Sequence record: ON286972.1
Length of the DNA: 64,000 nt
Direction: 5' to 3' (one strand)
The position numbers were made by a program, and so were the translations under genes. Position 1 is the first letter of the stretch. Every line of letters starts with the position of its first letter. The notes beneath the pieces are model-generated. The model saw nothing but the letters and a program-made list of their open reading frames with translations, did not search any database and was not told the origin of the DNA. This document shows positions 35,594 to 51,694 of this stretch, piece by piece.

Positions 35594-38500
35594 ATGTATA
35601 TCGATGCTTATATGGAACGTAAACGTACTGGTGATATTCTTCATGTAGTTGAACGTAAAAACGGGAAGCGTATTCTCCGTGAACTGGAGCCAGTATTTGA
35701 GTATTATGTAGAATCACCATTAGGTACACACAAAACTGTATATGGTACAATGGCACAACATCTTGAGTTTTCTTCACAGGCTCAAATGAATAAAAGCGTA
35801 GAGCAACACAAAAGTGAAGGTCTACGAATTTTTGAAAGTGATTGTAACATTACGTTTAAAACGTTAGCGAAAGAGTACATGGGTAAGGGTTCTCCTGACC
35901 TTAACATTGCATTCTTCGATATCGAAACAGACTTCCATAAGAAGTTTGGGTATGCACCACCATCAGACCCGTTCAACCGTGTAACTGCAATTTCTTTGTA
36001 TCAATCATGGACTGGTAAGGATTATGTTTTAACACTTCCTCCAGTTGACATGGAAATTTACGAAGCACAAGACATTGTTCGACGTTTGAACGAAGAGACA
36101 AATGATCCTAACAGTACTGTCATCCTTTATACGGATGAAAAAGAAATGTTTATGGAATTCTTTAGTCTTATTGATGATTCTGATGTATTATCAGGGTGGA
36201 ATAGTGAGTTCTTTGATATTCCATACATGATTAACCGCACAAAGAAAATCTTCAATGAAGCAACCACTGCTCGTTGGTGCTTGTGGAATAAGAAGCCTAG
36301 TGCTCGTGAAGCAGATAACTTTGGTAAAACTGTAGTAACCTATGATTTAGTTGGTCGTGTTCACTTAGATTATCTTGCTCTTTATAAGAAACATGCTGGT
36401 CAAGTTGAACAATCATATAAACTAGATTACATTGCAGAGAAAGTAACTAAAGAGAATAAAGTATCTTATGAAGGTTCTTTGGATAAACTATATCGTGAAG
36501 ATTACATTACCTTCTTGCGTTATTCTAAGCAGGATAGTATTCTTCTGAAGAAAATTGATGCTGTATGTGACTTTATCAACCTGCACAACCGTCTTGCTCA
36601 TAAAGAGTGTGTACTAATTAGTACTACAATGGGTTCGGTAGCTCTGATTGATACTGCAATTATTAACCTTGCACATAGTCGTGGTGAAGTGGTATTCAAC
36701 AAAGCACCTAAAGATGATTTTGAAGTTGATTATGAAACAGAATCATATGAAGATGAAGATGATGAAGCAGATGAGAAAATTAGTGCTAAAGCTGCTGGTG
36801 CATGGGTACAAGATCCAGTACTAGGTTTGGTGAGTGATTTGGGATGTACTGACTTTAACTCACTGTATCCAACTGTACTTCGTACACTTGGTATGAGTAC
36901 TGAATGCATTCTTGGTCAACTTCGTCAGGATTACACTGATGCGTATCTTGCTGCTAAAATTCAAGAGCAAAAGGCCAAATCCAAATCGAAATCATTCGAA
37001 CCAGACTGGACTGCTGCATGGCATGGTTTGTTTGCTGCTGTTGAGTTTACAATGGTTCATGAGAAATCAGATCAAACGATCATTGTTGATTTGGAAGATG
37101 GAAGTTCTTTCCAGGCGACAGGTAAAGAGTTGTATGATATAATCTTTGCCGAGGACAGTACTATTGTTCTAAGTGCTAACGGAACACTATTTGACAAGTC
37201 TAAGTATGGTGTAATTCCAGACATTCTAACTCAATGGTATTCTGAACGTAAAGCACAACAAAAGATGGTAATTGATTACAAACACATGTATAGTGATGGT
37301 TGGGAATTTAATGGTCATGAGAAAGTTGAACCACTTCTATCCAACTATACTCCTGGTACAATGTTCCGCACCAACTTACATGAAAATGATCCTGTTTATC
37401 TATTGCGTATTGCAATTGGTAAAGGTCAATGGGAAGATGTAGCTAAACTAATTGTTGAAAATGGTTTAGAACTAAAAGACGGAAGAATTTTCTGTTCTAA
37501 AGAAGATAAAGCATATTTCAAACAACAAAGTGCATTCTGGAAACAGAACCAGCAGATTCGTAAGATTCTTCTAAACAGTCTATATGGTGCACTATTGAAC
37601 AAAGGTTCACGTTTCTTTGATAAGCGTTTGGGTCAGTCTGTTACCTTAACTGGTCGTTCTATGACTAAACACATGGCGAGTCGTATCAATGAAATTACAA
37701 CTGGTGTTTACAATCACCAGGGTGGTTCTGTAATTTATGGCGATACTGACTCCGTATACTTCAGTGTAACCCATTACTTGAAAGAACAAGGTATTCCGTA
37801 CAATCTATCTAAAGAAGAAATTGTTGATATGTACATTAAAATTGGTGATGAAGTTGGTGAGTCCTTCCCATCTTTTATGCATCAGATGTTCAACACTGGA
37901 ATTGAGAAAGGTAAGATTGTAGGTGCTGACCTTGAGATGGTAGGTTCTCGTGGATTGTTCCTGAAGAAGAAACGTTATGCAATTCTGAAGTACTGGGAAG
38001 ATGGATTCCGTAAAGATGTTGATGGTAAGCCTGGTGAAATCAAGGCAATGGGTCTTGAGATTAAACGTTCAGATACGCCAAAATACATCCAGAACTTCCT
38101 AGAAGAGACTCTAATCGCTCTACTGGTAGGGGAGTCAGAGGCTGAACTAAAACAGCGTGTACGTGACTTTAAAGCGGTATTTAAAGACATTCCTGTACAC
38201 GAAAAAGGTTCTCCGCGTACCGTTAAGAACTACACTAATCTGGAAGCTGAATATAACACTACTGGTAAGTGTAAAGTTGGACACGTATTGGCAGGTATTC
38301 AATGGAACCGTCTACGTGAAGTGTATGATGACAAATCAGTACCAGAAGTTACTGATGGTACAAAAGTTATCGTGTGTAATCTAAAAGATAACCCAATGGG
38401 AATTAAAGCTGTAGGATATCCAATTGACTGTGTAGAGTATCTACCGGAATGGTTCTTAGAATTACCGTTTGATAGTGAGAAAATGGAAGAGATAGTTTTA

Positions 38501-38599
38501 ACTAAGAAATTAGAAAACATCTTTGGTATTCTCGATATGGATATTGGTATTCATGAGAAAAGTACAGCAGCAGTTAACAATGGTTTCTTCTCTTGGTAA
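35594..38599 (+). CDS. gp43: Family B DNA polymerase
   Basis: Exo I FDIET, Exo II GWNSEFFDIPY, DFNSLYP, KILLNSLYG, YGDTDS, KKRYA. Confidence 0.97.
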   Translation: MYIDAYMERKRTGDILHVVERKNGKRILRELEPVFEYYVESPLGTHKTVYGTMAQHLEFSSQAQMNKSVEQHKSEGLRIFESDCNITFKTLAKEYMGKGSPDLNIAFFDIETDFHKKFGYAPPSDPFNRVTAISLYQSWTGKDYVLTLPPVDMEIYEAQDIVRRLNEETNDPNSTVILYTDEKEMFMEFFSLIDDSDVLSGWNSEFFDIPYMINRTKKIFNEATTARWCLWNKKPSAREADNFGKTVVTYDLVGRVHLDYLALYKKHAGQVEQSYKLDYIAEKVTKENKVSYEGSLDKLYREDYITFLRYSKQDSILLKKIDAVCDFINLHNRLAHKECVLISTTMGSVALIDTAIINLAHSRGEVVFNKAPKDDFEVDYETESYEDEDDEADEKISAKAAGAWVQDPVLGLVSDLGCTDFNSLYPTVLRTLGMSTECILGQLRQDYTDAYLAAKIQEQKAKSKSKSFEPDWTAAWHGLFAAVEFTMVHEKSDQTIIVDLEDGSSFQATGKELYDIIFAEDSTIVLSANGTLFDKSKYGVIPDILTQWYSERKAQQKMVIDYKHMYSDGWEFNGHEKVEPLLSNYTPGTMFRTNLHENDPVYLLRIAIGKGQWEDVAKLIVENGLELKDGRIFCSKEDKAYFKQQSAFWKQNQQIRKILLNSLYGALLNKGSRFFDKRLGQSVTLTGRSMTKHMASRINEITTGVYNHQGGSVIYGDTDSVYFSVTHYLKEQGIPYNLSKEEIVDMYIKIGDEVGESFPSFMHQMFNTGIEKGKIVGADLEMVGSRGLFLKKKRYAILKYWEDGFRKDVDGKPGEIKAMGLEIKRSDTPKYIQNFLEETLIALLVGESEAELKQRVRDFKAVFKDIPVHEKGSPRTVKNYTNLEAEYNTTGKCKVGHVLAGIQWNRLREVYDDKSVPEVTDGTKVIVCNLKDNPMGIKAVGYPIDCVEYLPEWFLELPFDSEKMEEIVLTKKLENIFGILDMDIGIHEKSTAAVNNGFFSW

Positions 38600-38609
38600 G
38601 GATAATATT

Positions 38610-38765
38610 ATGACTAAATTAGTAAATGATGAAGTAGAACTAAGCTACAATGAAGTATATGATGTATATTCAAACGCAGAACTTGAAATTACTGAAGATG
38701 ATTTGAATTCAGCATGGGAAGTATATGTGAAGTGGGCTGCTACTCAAGGGGATAAACATGAGTAA
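38610..38765 (+). CDS. Small hypothetical protein (51 aa)
   Basis: Start ATG 38610 (AAGGA SD); coupled to the next ORF. Confidence 0.6.
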   Translation: MTKLVNDEVELSYNEVYDVYSNAELEITEDDLNSAWEVYVKWAATQGDKHE

Positions 38766-39069
38766 TGTTTACAAACGTATTGGTGAAGTACTGGAAGATA
38801 GCACAATTATCAATTCAGTACTTGCGTATGACAATGATGAAGAAGAAGTACTAAAAGGTGCGGGTTTTACCCGTACTGGTTCGGTTGTTATTGATGGTGA
38901 TATTGTGGATGTATACTCACTAGCCAAAAAACGTAAGGTTGTCGTGATAGATGAGTCTTGGACACAACAAGATTTGGATAATTTACACAAAACAAAAACC
39001 ATCAACCGCATTGGTATGAGTTCAAACATCGATAAGCCATATCTAAAAAAATGGAATACAAAATTCTGA
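38758..39069 (+). CDS. Hypothetical protein
   Basis: 103-aa ORF; GGG SD; overlaps the previous stop. Confidence 0.7.
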   Translation: MSNVYKRIGEVLEDSTIINSVLAYDNDEEEVLKGAGFTRTGSVVIDGDIVDVYSLAKKRKVVVIDESWTQQDLDNLHKTKTINRIGMSSNIDKPYLKKWNTKF

Positions 39070-39078
39070 TAAAATAAT

Positions 39079-39107
39079 TGAGACAAGCACTGTTAACGAG
39101 ATATAAT
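39079..39107 (+). promoter_or_regulatory. Phage-class promoter TGAGACA-N16-TATAAT
   Basis: Upstream of the sliding clamp gene. Confidence 0.75.
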
Positions 39108-39162
39108 GGTGCTTGTCATAGACTTGACATTAACGAATAAAACAATAAACGGAGAATATATA

Positions 39163-39894
39163 ATGGATCTACGCAATGTACTACGTGACCTAGTTAACAC
39201 CACTAGCGGTATTGATTTTTCTTGTATCGCAATCAGCAGTGAAGACCGTGGTGAAGGTCAACGCGTTTACATGGAAGCATATACCGATGACCGCACTTTG
39301 GTTATGCGTGCATACACTAAAGAAGACGTTCCAGAAGTTCAAGGTCGTTTTGGTCTAGGTAACTTGGGTCTTCTACAAGGTCTAATGTCCCTAAAGACTT
39401 ACAGTACTGAAGGTACTACTATCACTTCTAATTTGAAAGATGGTGTTGTTAAAAGCCTAGCATTCAAATCTGAAGAAGCAAGCACTACCTTTATGGTACA
39501 AGCTGAAAAACTAATTCCACCACAACCACGTTTTACTGAACAACCATATGACGTACAGGTTACACCTAGTGCAGCTAAAGTTCAGGAACTAAAGAGTTTC
39601 TCTGGTGTGTTTAAATCTTTCAGTTCACTAGTTACCCCATACACTGAAGGTGACACCCTTTACTTCCACGTTGGTGAGAAGAACAAGAGTAACCACGTTG
39701 GTGCTCTAGCTTTCTCTAAAACTGAAGGTGAATTAGGTTTGGGCTTTGGTTATAACATTGACCGTGTTCTTCAAGCATTAGCTCGTGTATCTAATGCAGA
39801 GTCAGTAACACTTGGTTTGACCAAGACTGGTATGATGAACGTTACATTAGATACTGGTATCGCAGTATACAAAATCTATGTAACTGGTTGTTAA
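39163..39894 (+). CDS. DNA polymerase sliding clamp (gp45-like, putative)
   Basis: Start ATG 39163 (GGAG SD); 243 aa alternating beta/alpha pattern; FGLGNLGLL.G.L; ends DTGIAVYKIYV; near the polymerase. Confidence 0.65.
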   Translation: MDLRNVLRDLVNTTSGIDFSCIAISSEDRGEGQRVYMEAYTDDRTLVMRAYTKEDVPEVQGRFGLGNLGLLQGLMSLKTYSTEGTTITSNLKDGVVKSLAFKSEEASTTFMVQAEKLIPPQPRFTEQPYDVQVTPSAAKVQELKSFSGVFKSFSSLVTPYTEGDTLYFHVGEKNKSNHVGALAFSKTEGELGLGFGYNIDRVLQALARVSNAESVTLGLTKTGMMNVTLDTGIAVYKIYVTGC

Positions 39895-39903
39895 TAAAAG
39901 TAC

Positions 39904-39927
39904 AGGGGAACTGGAGTTCCCCTTTTG
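39904..39927 (+). terminator. Intrinsic terminator
   Basis: AGGGGAAC-TGGA-GTTCCCCT then TTT. Confidence 0.8.
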
Positions 39928-39953
39928 GTTTTAAAAGTAAAGGAAGATATAAA

Positions 39954-40160
39954 ATGCCACTATATACATATCGTTGTGAAAAAGAAGACTGTAAACATAG
40001 TATGGATAAAATTGTAAAAATCGCAAATCGTGAAGAACCACACGATTGTCCTATTTGTAATGGTGAAAAAACCATGAAATTGGAATTGTTCACTCCAGGT
40101 GATAAAGGGGCTAATCTTTATTTCCGTGGTAAATGGTTTGCAAACACTGGAGGTTACTAA
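39954..40160 (+). CDS. FmdB-family zinc-ribbon protein
   Basis: MPLYTYRCEKEDC...CPIC...FRGKWF. Confidence 0.85.
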   Translation: MPLYTYRCEKEDCKHSMDKIVKIANREEPHDCPICNGEKTMKLELFTPGDKGANLYFRGKWFANTGGY

Positions 40161-40161
40161 T

Positions 40162-40461
40162 ATGAAACTAAAAATGATTAACGATTATGTTCTTGTTCGT
40201 CAGATTGAAGCACAAAACAAAAGTACTGGTGGTATTATCCTCGGTAATGTAGAGCCTCCATGTGTTGGTATGGTTATTTCTGTTGGTGAAGGTAAAGTAC
40301 TACCTAATGGGCAAATTGCTGAGCATAATATTCGTGAAGGTGATATGGTCGTTTTTGGTCGTTCTTCTCTAAACACGCCACTAACAGAAGATCTTGGTGG
40401 TGGTGAAGATACATACTATGTAATGAAAATTGAAGAAATCTTTGGAAAGAAAAATGGCTAA
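40162..40461 (+). CDS. groES: GroES-like co-chaperonin
   Basis: DYVLVRQ...KSTGGIIL...G.VISVGEG......G....REGD.VVF...YYVMKIEEI. Confidence 0.9.
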   Translation: MKLKMINDYVLVRQIEAQNKSTGGIILGNVEPPCVGMVISVGEGKVLPNGQIAEHNIREGDMVVFGRSSLNTPLTEDLGGGEDTYYVMKIEEIFGKKNG

Positions 40462-41179
40462 GAAAAGGTTATTACCTTTCTGGATGGTCCCCGCTCATTG
40501 GGGACTTTCTGGTAAAGCGAAAGAGATTGCTAAAGCATACTATTACAATGACGATTATGAAGCAGATTTGAAAGTTGCAGAACTAACATATCTTACTGAA
40601 TATGAAGTTGATGTTGCACAATTGGACATTAAAAAGAAATATGGTGTTATTGATACACTAAAATATCTAATTGAACAGGCGGCTGTCGAATTAAAGTACT
40701 CTAAGATTACACGTGAAGAGTACGATTTAAAAGTACTTGACGCAAAGTTAAGTACTGATACTATTACTCAAAAAGAGTATGATATGGAAGTAATCGAGCT
40801 AATGCCTGAAGGTGATGATAAACGATTGAAAGCCATTGAGTATGCGTATAAGTATGATGAAATTACACAACAAGAGTATTCAAAGGAAATCTATACATTA
40901 CGTAAAGAGCCTTGGATTGATTTGGATGTAATTTTGAATCCTGATACAAACGAAGTAGAATTTGTATTTGATTACAATGAATACTTTTGGAAGAAATTAA
41001 AAGCCGAAGGTCACCCAGGAACGGATGAAGAAGAGATTATTGATAACTTTGTTCGTGATTTGGGTCGCAAATTAGCTACTGATGATTATAGTGATAACGA
41101 AGATGCAAAGCTAGTGAGTGCGAACGCAGGGTTAGAGAATCTACCTGGTTTACCTGAAGGTTTCAAATCATACAAATAA
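40454..41179 (+). CDS. Conserved hypothetical protein
   Basis: Start ATG 40454; PFWMVPAHWGL.G; repeated ITxxEY units; FDYNEYF. Confidence 0.8.
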   Translation: MAKKRLLPFWMVPAHWGLSGKAKEIAKAYYYNDDYEADLKVAELTYLTEYEVDVAQLDIKKKYGVIDTLKYLIEQAAVELKYSKITREEYDLKVLDAKLSTDTITQKEYDMEVIELMPEGDDKRLKAIEYAYKYDEITQQEYSKEIYTLRKEPWIDLDVILNPDTNEVEFVFDYNEYFWKKLKAEGHPGTDEEEIIDNFVRDLGRKLATDDYSDNEDAKLVSANAGLENLPGLPEGFKSYK

Positions 41180-41182
41180 AAA

Positions 41183-41210
41183 AAAAGGAGAACATATTGT
41201 TCTCCTTTTC
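41183..41210. terminator. Bidirectional terminator
   Basis: AAAGGAGAACA-TAT-TGTTCTCCTTT flanked by A and T runs between convergent genes. Confidence 0.85.
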
Positions 41211-41223
41211 TTGTATTAATTTA

Positions 41224-41916
41224 TTAAACCATTGCTGGGATAGATTTGAACATCTTGATACCGAAATCACCAGCAGCATCAGCAGCTTGGGATTTTAGGA
41301 AGACTTCAGTAACGCCATCTTTTGCAAGCATTGGGATACCAGTTAGATCGTCGATAAGTAGGCGACCTTCTTCGATTTCAGTACTTGGAACGCCTTGGAA
41401 AGATACTAGGTCTTTGTCAAATACGTTCGCACGCTCAACTAGGAAAGTAACAACAGAAGCACTTGCAATATCAACAGTACCAACACTTAGTACACCATCA
41501 ACTGCGTTAGTGAAACCTTCAACTGCTAGTGGAGCGGAAGCATCATTACCACCGATTTCAGAAGTACTTAGAACAACTGCACGTTGTTGAACAACATCAA
41601 CTAGACGTTTAACGTTAGTTTGAGCAGCGTAGGAAGCATTGTAATCAGCTTCAACAGTTGCAACTTCGAATGGAGTACCGTCGATACGGATGATACCTTT
41701 GTCATTTAGATATTCGGTAATAACTTCAGGAATATCAGTGTTTAGAAAACGTTGTAGACCAGCAAAAGAACCAACTGCACCAGTAACACGCACGTTAACG
41801 TCACCTAGTTTACTAACAGCGATAGAAGCTAGGGCGTTAGTACCACAGAAATAACCTAGAATTTTGTCAAAAGAATAACCGTTAATTCGTTCAAAAGAAG
41901 TATTAATATTAGACAT
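41224..41916 (-). CDS. Putative abundant virion structural protein (paralog 1)
   Basis: gp23-like codon bias; QQRAVVLSTS and TFLVERANVF shared with the neighbouring gene. Confidence 0.7.
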   Translation of the reverse strand: MSNINTSFERINGYSFDKILGYFCGTNALASIAVSKLGDVNVRVTGAVGSFAGLQRFLNTDIPEVITEYLNDKGIIRIDGTPFEVATVEADYNASYAAQTNVKRLVDVVQQRAVVLSTSEIGGNDASAPLAVEGFTNAVDGVLSVGTVDIASASVVTFLVERANVFDKDLVSFQGVPSTEIEEGRLLIDDLTGIPMLAKDGVTEVFLKSQAADAAGDFGIKMFKSIPAMV

Positions 41917-41931
41917 GTTAATCTCCTTATA

Positions 41932-42531
41932 TTATAGTTGAACTGGTAGAGCAGCACGAACTTTAATAGCTACAGCTTTAGCAGCTTCAGCATCACCAAC
42001 ACCATCAGTAGTAACATCTACGAAAGATTTAGTACGGAAGAATTTAGCTTGAGCGATTACTTTAGCTAGTTCAACAGTTGGATCAACTGGAACAGAGTAA
42101 GCAGCACCTGGACGAACATCTTGTTTAGCGAAAACGTCTTGACGTTCGCAGATGAAGGTTAGTGCAACAGAACCAGCACCGCCAGCAACATCAGCACCAG
42201 AAGTACCGAAAGCAACTACGTTACCGCCAACAGTTTTGAAATCCGCTGGGATTACTACGTCAGTGTCAAGAGCTAGTACAGAAGTAGTAACTAGAACAGC
42301 ACGTTGTTGTAGTAGTTGGGTTAGCATGAATTGGTTGTATTGTGCGTTAGTGATCGCAGTTTGTAGTGCTTCATCTTGTAGTTCAGAACCATCGGAAGTT
42401 ACTTTGGTAGTACCAACTTCAACATCTGCTGGTAGATCAACAACGATAGTTACAAAACCATTATCACCACCCCAGTACTCACGGGAGTTAGCAGACATAC
42501 CATAGTTACGGTTAAAAGAATTAAGACTCAT
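41932..42531 (-). CDS. Putative abundant virion structural protein (paralog 2)
   Basis: QQRAVLVTTS and TFICERQDVF; two upstream GATAAATA late promoters (42577, 42641). Confidence 0.7.
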   Translation of the reverse strand: MSLNSFNRNYGMSANSREYWGGDNGFVTIVVDLPADVEVGTTKVTSDGSELQDEALQTAITNAQYNQFMLTQLLQQRAVLVTTSVLALDTDVVIPADFKTVGGNVVAFGTSGADVAGGAGSVALTFICERQDVFAKQDVRPGAAYSVPVDPTVELAKVIAQAKFFRTKSFVDVTTDGVGDAEAAKAVAIKVRAALPVQL

Positions 42532-42655
42532 AAAAATCTCCTTGTCAATTTTGTGCAGGACTCTCCTGCTTAAGATTATTTATCAATTATTTAAAAGCAC
42601 CCACATAATAAGTGATTTTCTTTCCTTGATTATATGCTATTATTTATCAATTATG

Positions 42656-42684
42656 GGAAGAGACATTTATATGTGCTATAATTA
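42656..42684 (+). promoter_or_regulatory. Extended -10 promoter GTGCTATAAT (upstream box mis-spaced: AGAGACA-N13)
   Basis: TATAAT at 42679-42684 upstream of the RNase H gene. Confidence 0.55.
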
Positions 42685-42748
42685 TTAACGAAAAACACGA
42701 AAAATGGATTTTCATGGCATCCAGAATGGTAACATCCATCACCGATAA

Positions 42749-44234
<1,486 letters not shown>

Positions 44235-44240
44235 CTGGAG

Positions 44241-44262
44241 AGGGATGCCGTATGGTGTCCCT
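44241..44262 (+). terminator. Hairpin, probable terminator (weak U tract)
   Basis: AGGGATGCC-GTAT-GGTGTCCCT. Confidence 0.55.
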
Positions 44263-44266
44263 ATAG

Positions 44267-49159
<4,893 letters not shown>

Positions 49160-49180
49160 TTAGTATTAGATAAATGTACG

Positions 49181-49210
49181 TAGGGCAACGGAGTTTGCCC
49201 TATTTTATTT
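49181..49210 (+). terminator. Intrinsic terminator after ssb
   Basis: TAGGGCAA-CGGAGT-TTGCCCTA then TTTTATTT. Confidence 0.8.
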
Positions 49211-49232
49211 CATAAAATTCAAGGAGTGAATT

Positions 49233-50351
49233 ATGAAAATGACAAGTGGTTTTGCAAACATTCTAAAAAATAGTACTGGTAGTGTTAAAAAGAATACAGG
49301 TGTAAGTGTTGGTTTTCACGATCCAGACACATGGATTAGTACTGGTAACTACGCTCTGAACTACCGTATTAGTGGTTATTTTGACCGTGGTATTCCACTA
49401 GGTAAAGTAACTATGTTTGCTGGCGAATCTGGTTCTGGTAAATCATTTATCGTATCTGGTAACATCGCACGTGAAGCACAACAGCAAGGTATCTTCGTTG
49501 TCATGATTGACTCTGAAAACGCCCTTGATTCTGATTGGCTACATGCACTCGGAGTAGATACTTCCGAAGAAAAATTATTGAAAGTAAACATGGGTATGAT
49601 TGGCGACGTTGCTAAATTCACCTATGAGTTCATTGAAGGTTATCGTAAAGAATACGAAAATACCCCTAAAGAAGAACGTCAAAAAGTGTTGTTCATTATC
49701 GATTCTATTGGTATGCTTAACACTGAAGTTGCAAATGACCAAATGAAAGCTGGTAACCTAAAAGGTGATATGGGTCACAAACCTAAACAGCTTAAAGCAT
49801 ATATCACGAACTGTGTAAACAGTATCGGGGCATTGAACATTGGTATGGTTTGTGTTAACCATAGTTATGAATCACAGGACATGTTCAACCCTGATCCTAA
49901 AGTTTCCGGTGGTAGCGGATTGATTTATGCATCATCTATGGTAATTGCAATGGGTAAACTAAAACTTAAAGAAGATGAAGACGGTAATAAAACATCTGAT
50001 GTAAGTGGTATTCGTTCAAAATGTAAAGTAATGAAAACACGTTATAATAAACCGTTTGAAGATGTAGAAATCAAGATTCCTTGGGATAAAGGAATGGACC
50101 CACGTAGTGGTCTACTAGATATGTTCGAGAAATACGGCCTGATTGTTAAATCTGGTAACCGACTAATGTATGTAGACATTGACACTGGTGAACAAATCCT
50201 CAAGTATCGCAAAGACTGGATGCGTAATGAAGATTCATGTTTAGATTTGGTTATGCATCAATTTAAACGTCACCCACTGATTGAAGAAGTCAAGGAAGAA
50301 GAAAAAGGTGATGAATCTTTTGGTACTGACATTGAACTCGGTGAGGAATAA
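49233..50351 (+). CDS. uvsX: RecA-like recombinase
   Basis: ISTGNYALN; AGESGSGKS; DSENALD; IIDSIGML; VSGGSG; KTRYNKPF. Confidence 0.95.
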   Translation: MKMTSGFANILKNSTGSVKKNTGVSVGFHDPDTWISTGNYALNYRISGYFDRGIPLGKVTMFAGESGSGKSFIVSGNIAREAQQQGIFVVMIDSENALDSDWLHALGVDTSEEKLLKVNMGMIGDVAKFTYEFIEGYRKEYENTPKEERQKVLFIIDSIGMLNTEVANDQMKAGNLKGDMGHKPKQLKAYITNCVNSIGALNIGMVCVNHSYESQDMFNPDPKVSGGSGLIYASSMVIAMGKLKLKEDEDGNKTSDVSGIRSKCKVMKTRYNKPFEDVEIKIPWDKGMDPRSGLLDMFEKYGLIVKSGNRLMYVDIDTGEQILKYRKDWMRNEDSCLDLVMHQFKRHPLIEEVKEEEKGDESFGTDIELGEE

Positions 50352-50812
50352 TGAAACCTTGGCATTGGATCATTAAAGATGATAAAAGCAAACTTATTGA
50401 TATGATTACATTCTTCGATGCAGAAATCGAAGAAGCACGTAAGGAAGTCAAGAAGATTGGTATCATTGAAAAGATTGCTCAAGAAATCCCTGGCTGGCAT
50501 GAGACACGTCTTAGTCAGCTTCAAGAACTTGAAGCAGTACTAGAAATGTTAGAAATTGAAATGAAGCAGATACAAGCTGAAAAGTTCAAATACTATCTTG
50601 AGGCATACCGTAGAGCATTATCATCATCTGATTGTAAAAAGTATGTTGATGGTGATAAAGAGGTATGTGAATTATATGAACTAATTAATGAAGTATCATA
50701 TATTCGAAATCAATATAGTAGCATTGTTAAATCGTTGGAGATGAAAGCATTTCAACTTAACAATATAGTAAAACTAAGAACAGCAGGTATCGAAGATGCT
50801 CGTTTAGAATAA
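50351..50812 (+). CDS. uvsY: Recombination mediator protein
   Basis: KYVDGD.EV...I...LE.K.FQL.NIVKLR.AG.ED. Confidence 0.8.
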   Translation: MKPWHWIIKDDKSKLIDMITFFDAEIEEARKEVKKIGIIEKIAQEIPGWHETRLSQLQELEAVLEMLEIEMKQIQAEKFKYYLEAYRRALSSSDCKKYVDGDKEVCELYELINEVSYIRNQYSSIVKSLEMKAFQLNNIVKLRTAGIEDARLE

Positions 50813-50821
50813 ACTAATCAT

Positions 50822-50850
50822 AAGGACGCAATCATGCGTCCTTTTTATTT
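50822..50850 (+). terminator. Intrinsic terminator
   Basis: AAGGACGCA-ATCA-TGCGTCCTT then TTTATTT. Confidence 0.85.
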
Positions 50851-50861
50851 GAGAAAAAAAC

Positions 50862-51680
50862 ATGTCTAAAATAGATGATTTTCTAAAACAAGTTTCAGTA
50901 CTCGACACTGAAACCACTGGTGTTGAGAGTGATGATGATATTATTGAATTTAGTATTTCTTATCCTCAAAATGCACATGAAAATATTGACACAGTTGATA
51001 ACTATACATTGCGATATAAACCATTGAAAGACATTCCACCTGAAGCGTCGGCAGTGCATTTTATCAGTACTGAAGATGTTGCAAATTGTATTGGGTATAA
51101 AGATGATCTCGAAAATATTGATGCACTAATGGGGTGCAGAGAATATTATGTTGGTCACAATGTACAATTTGACCGTAGAATGATGGTTGATAATGAATAT
51201 AAATATCGTAACTCAATTTCACAGTATCTTCTTGATGAGGATAAATGGATTTGTACCCTTCGTTTTGCTAAGAAAATGTTTGCTGAAGATGTAGAATTCA
51301 AAAATCTAACACTAAGTTATTTGTGGTATAAATTTGGATGTTATCGTGATGTACATCGTCCTGTTAATGCTCATGCTGCAAAAGATGATGTATTCATGTG
51401 CTATCAGGTTCTAATTAAACTTATTGAAGTTGCTATTGAACGTGGTCATATTGATCCAGAACAGGATATTGGTGAACAAATTGTCACATTCTGCAATACA
51501 CCAATGCGTTATCAATTTATGCCATTTGGTAAGCATAAAGGCGAACCAATGAGTACTGTACCATTGAATTACATTGAATGGATGATTACTAATAGTGATA
51601 TCCTAGACACGAGTAATCCAAACTGTGATAAAGATTTAGTATATACATTTGAGTACGAGTATAGTAGTCGTACTAACTAA
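50862..51680 (+). CDS. DEDDh 3'-5' exonuclease (ExoX/DnaQ-like) with C-terminal MPFGKHKG domain
   Basis: VLDTETTG; GHNVQFD; AHAAKDDV; MPFGKHKG. Confidence 0.9.
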   Translation: MSKIDDFLKQVSVLDTETTGVESDDDIIEFSISYPQNAHENIDTVDNYTLRYKPLKDIPPEASAVHFISTEDVANCIGYKDDLENIDALMGCREYYVGHNVQFDRRMMVDNEYKYRNSISQYLLDEDKWICTLRFAKKMFAEDVEFKNLTLSYLWYKFGCYRDVHRPVNAHAAKDDVFMCYQVLIKLIEVAIERGHIDPEQDIGEQIVTFCNTPMRYQFMPFGKHKGEPMSTVPLNYIEWMITNSDILDTSNPNCDKDLVYTFEYEYSSRTN

Positions 51681-51694
51681 AAGGATATTCATGG

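Noticed and set aside
35594-38599. Intein or intron in the DNA polymerase
   Set aside because: The ORF is continuous, with no intein terminal motifs or LAGLIDADG blocks.
41246-42505. Plus-strand ORFs of 114 and 117 aa
   Set aside because: Antisense shadows of the strongly biased structural paralogs.
42656-42684. Counting the rnh promoter as a full member of the YGRGAYA-N16 class
   Set aside because: The best box (AGAGACA) is 13 nt, not 16 nt, from TATAAT. Listed only as an extended -10 promoter.
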